Assembly: GCF_006345805.1 (NCBI RefSeq)
Contig: NC_043009.1
Location: 38,502,001-38,566,000, forward strand
Reading direction: 5' to 3'
From: Octopus sinensis
Lineage: Eukaryota
DNA length: 64,000 nucleotides
Shown: piece by piece, positions 63,143 to 64,000 of the stretch
Numbering within the stretch: position 1 is the first letter of the stretch
Layout of the letters: each line of letters begins with the position of its first letter
Made by a program: the position numbers and the translations under genes
The notes under the pieces: generated by a model
Databases searched by the model: none
What the model was told of the DNA's origin: nothing
Seen by the model: only the letters and a program-made list of their open reading frames with translations

Positions 63143-63185
<43 letters not shown>

Positions 63186-63205
63186 GTATGGGGTAAGCAT
63201 AAATA

Positions 63206-64000
63206 CAGTGATACCTCATACTACGAGTTTAATTCGTTCCATGACCGAGCTCGTTTTACAAATCAATTTTTCACATTGAAATTTACTAAAGTTTAATCAT
63301 TCCAATCCAGCCCCCACCCAACCGCCCAAAAAATGATATTTTGTAGGTTTTAAAACAGAAAAGGTGTAGCTACAAATAAAAGGACAATTATAAAAAAGAG
63401 AATGCCTAAGGAATATGTAAACTGGTTTAATTAACTGAATTACATTAAAGATGGGAGGATTTGTGCACGAGAAAGACGATAGAGCGGGGAGTGGGGGTGG
63501 AATTACTCGCATTGACACAAAGAGCGAGAGTTAGCCTATCTTTCATAGGGTTGTAGCCTAGCATATTCTTCTCCTCTGCAGTTATGCAGGTCCTTCTGGG
63601 TATTTTTCCCCCCCAAAATGGCTAGTTTCATCACAGTTGAATACCTGTTGTGCGATGTACCTCTCGGCTGCGATGCGCTGTCGGAATTCTCGCATGTAAT
63701 CTTCAGCTGCCTTCGTTTCAGAGCTCGCTGCTTCTCCATACCTGACGGCGCTATGAACACCGGTCCTCATCTTGAAATTATCAAACCACAAACCAGCCCC
63801 GACTGGCCTTAAATGCGTTTGCTGATGTCTCCTCCGTCGATGTTCCAGGGTTCTACTTCAGGAGATCCCCATACAATACTCGTGCTTTCTCACTGATGAT
63901 GGTCTCCGTAATCGTATCCTCTACGAGTTACTTCTCGTTGATCCACAGGCGAAGCAATTTTCACATCCTTTTGTAGATAGATGTGCATTGCTTAGAGAGC
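63206..64000 (-). mobile_element. Tigger/pogo transposon, decayed, continuing beyond the window
   Basis: TA|CAGTGATACCTC end at 63204-63217; minus frames TITETIISEKARVLYGDLL..FKASRG+WFDNFKMRTG..GEAASS..QQVFNCDET. Confidence 0.8.

Overview
AT-rich, microsatellite-dense eukaryotic (animal) DNA with one 100-N assembly gap (18609-18708). The SINE families and the (TA)n/(CA)n load resemble what I recall of Octopus/coleoid cephalopod genomes; this is inference, no search was run. I cannot recognise any host gene, and most listed ORFs are microsatellite or antisense shadows. The window is mostly mobile DNA: tRNA-headed SINEs, a near-complete Penelope-like element (RT + GIY-YIG, 18.7-22.8 kb), three Tx1/L1-type ORF1 relics (one with RT), RTE fragments, Tc1/mariner, maT, Tigger and hAT derivatives, and Helitron/Helentron-type elements. 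The standout is 10185-13335: a ~475-495 bp tandem repeat in which each complete unit carries a type I hammerhead ribozyme (3 identical 48-nt copies). The monomer is self-complementary, the array is inverted head-to-head, and it sits inside the (TA)n of a SINE. One unit has been invaded by a 1.7-kb gag/ORF1-only retroelement with a 23-bp target-site duplication. This looks like a retrozyme (circular ribozyme RNA) system probably moved by Penelope-type machinery. Four further degenerate hammerhead-like motifs occur at ~2.74, 22.68, 44.96 and 45.73 kb.
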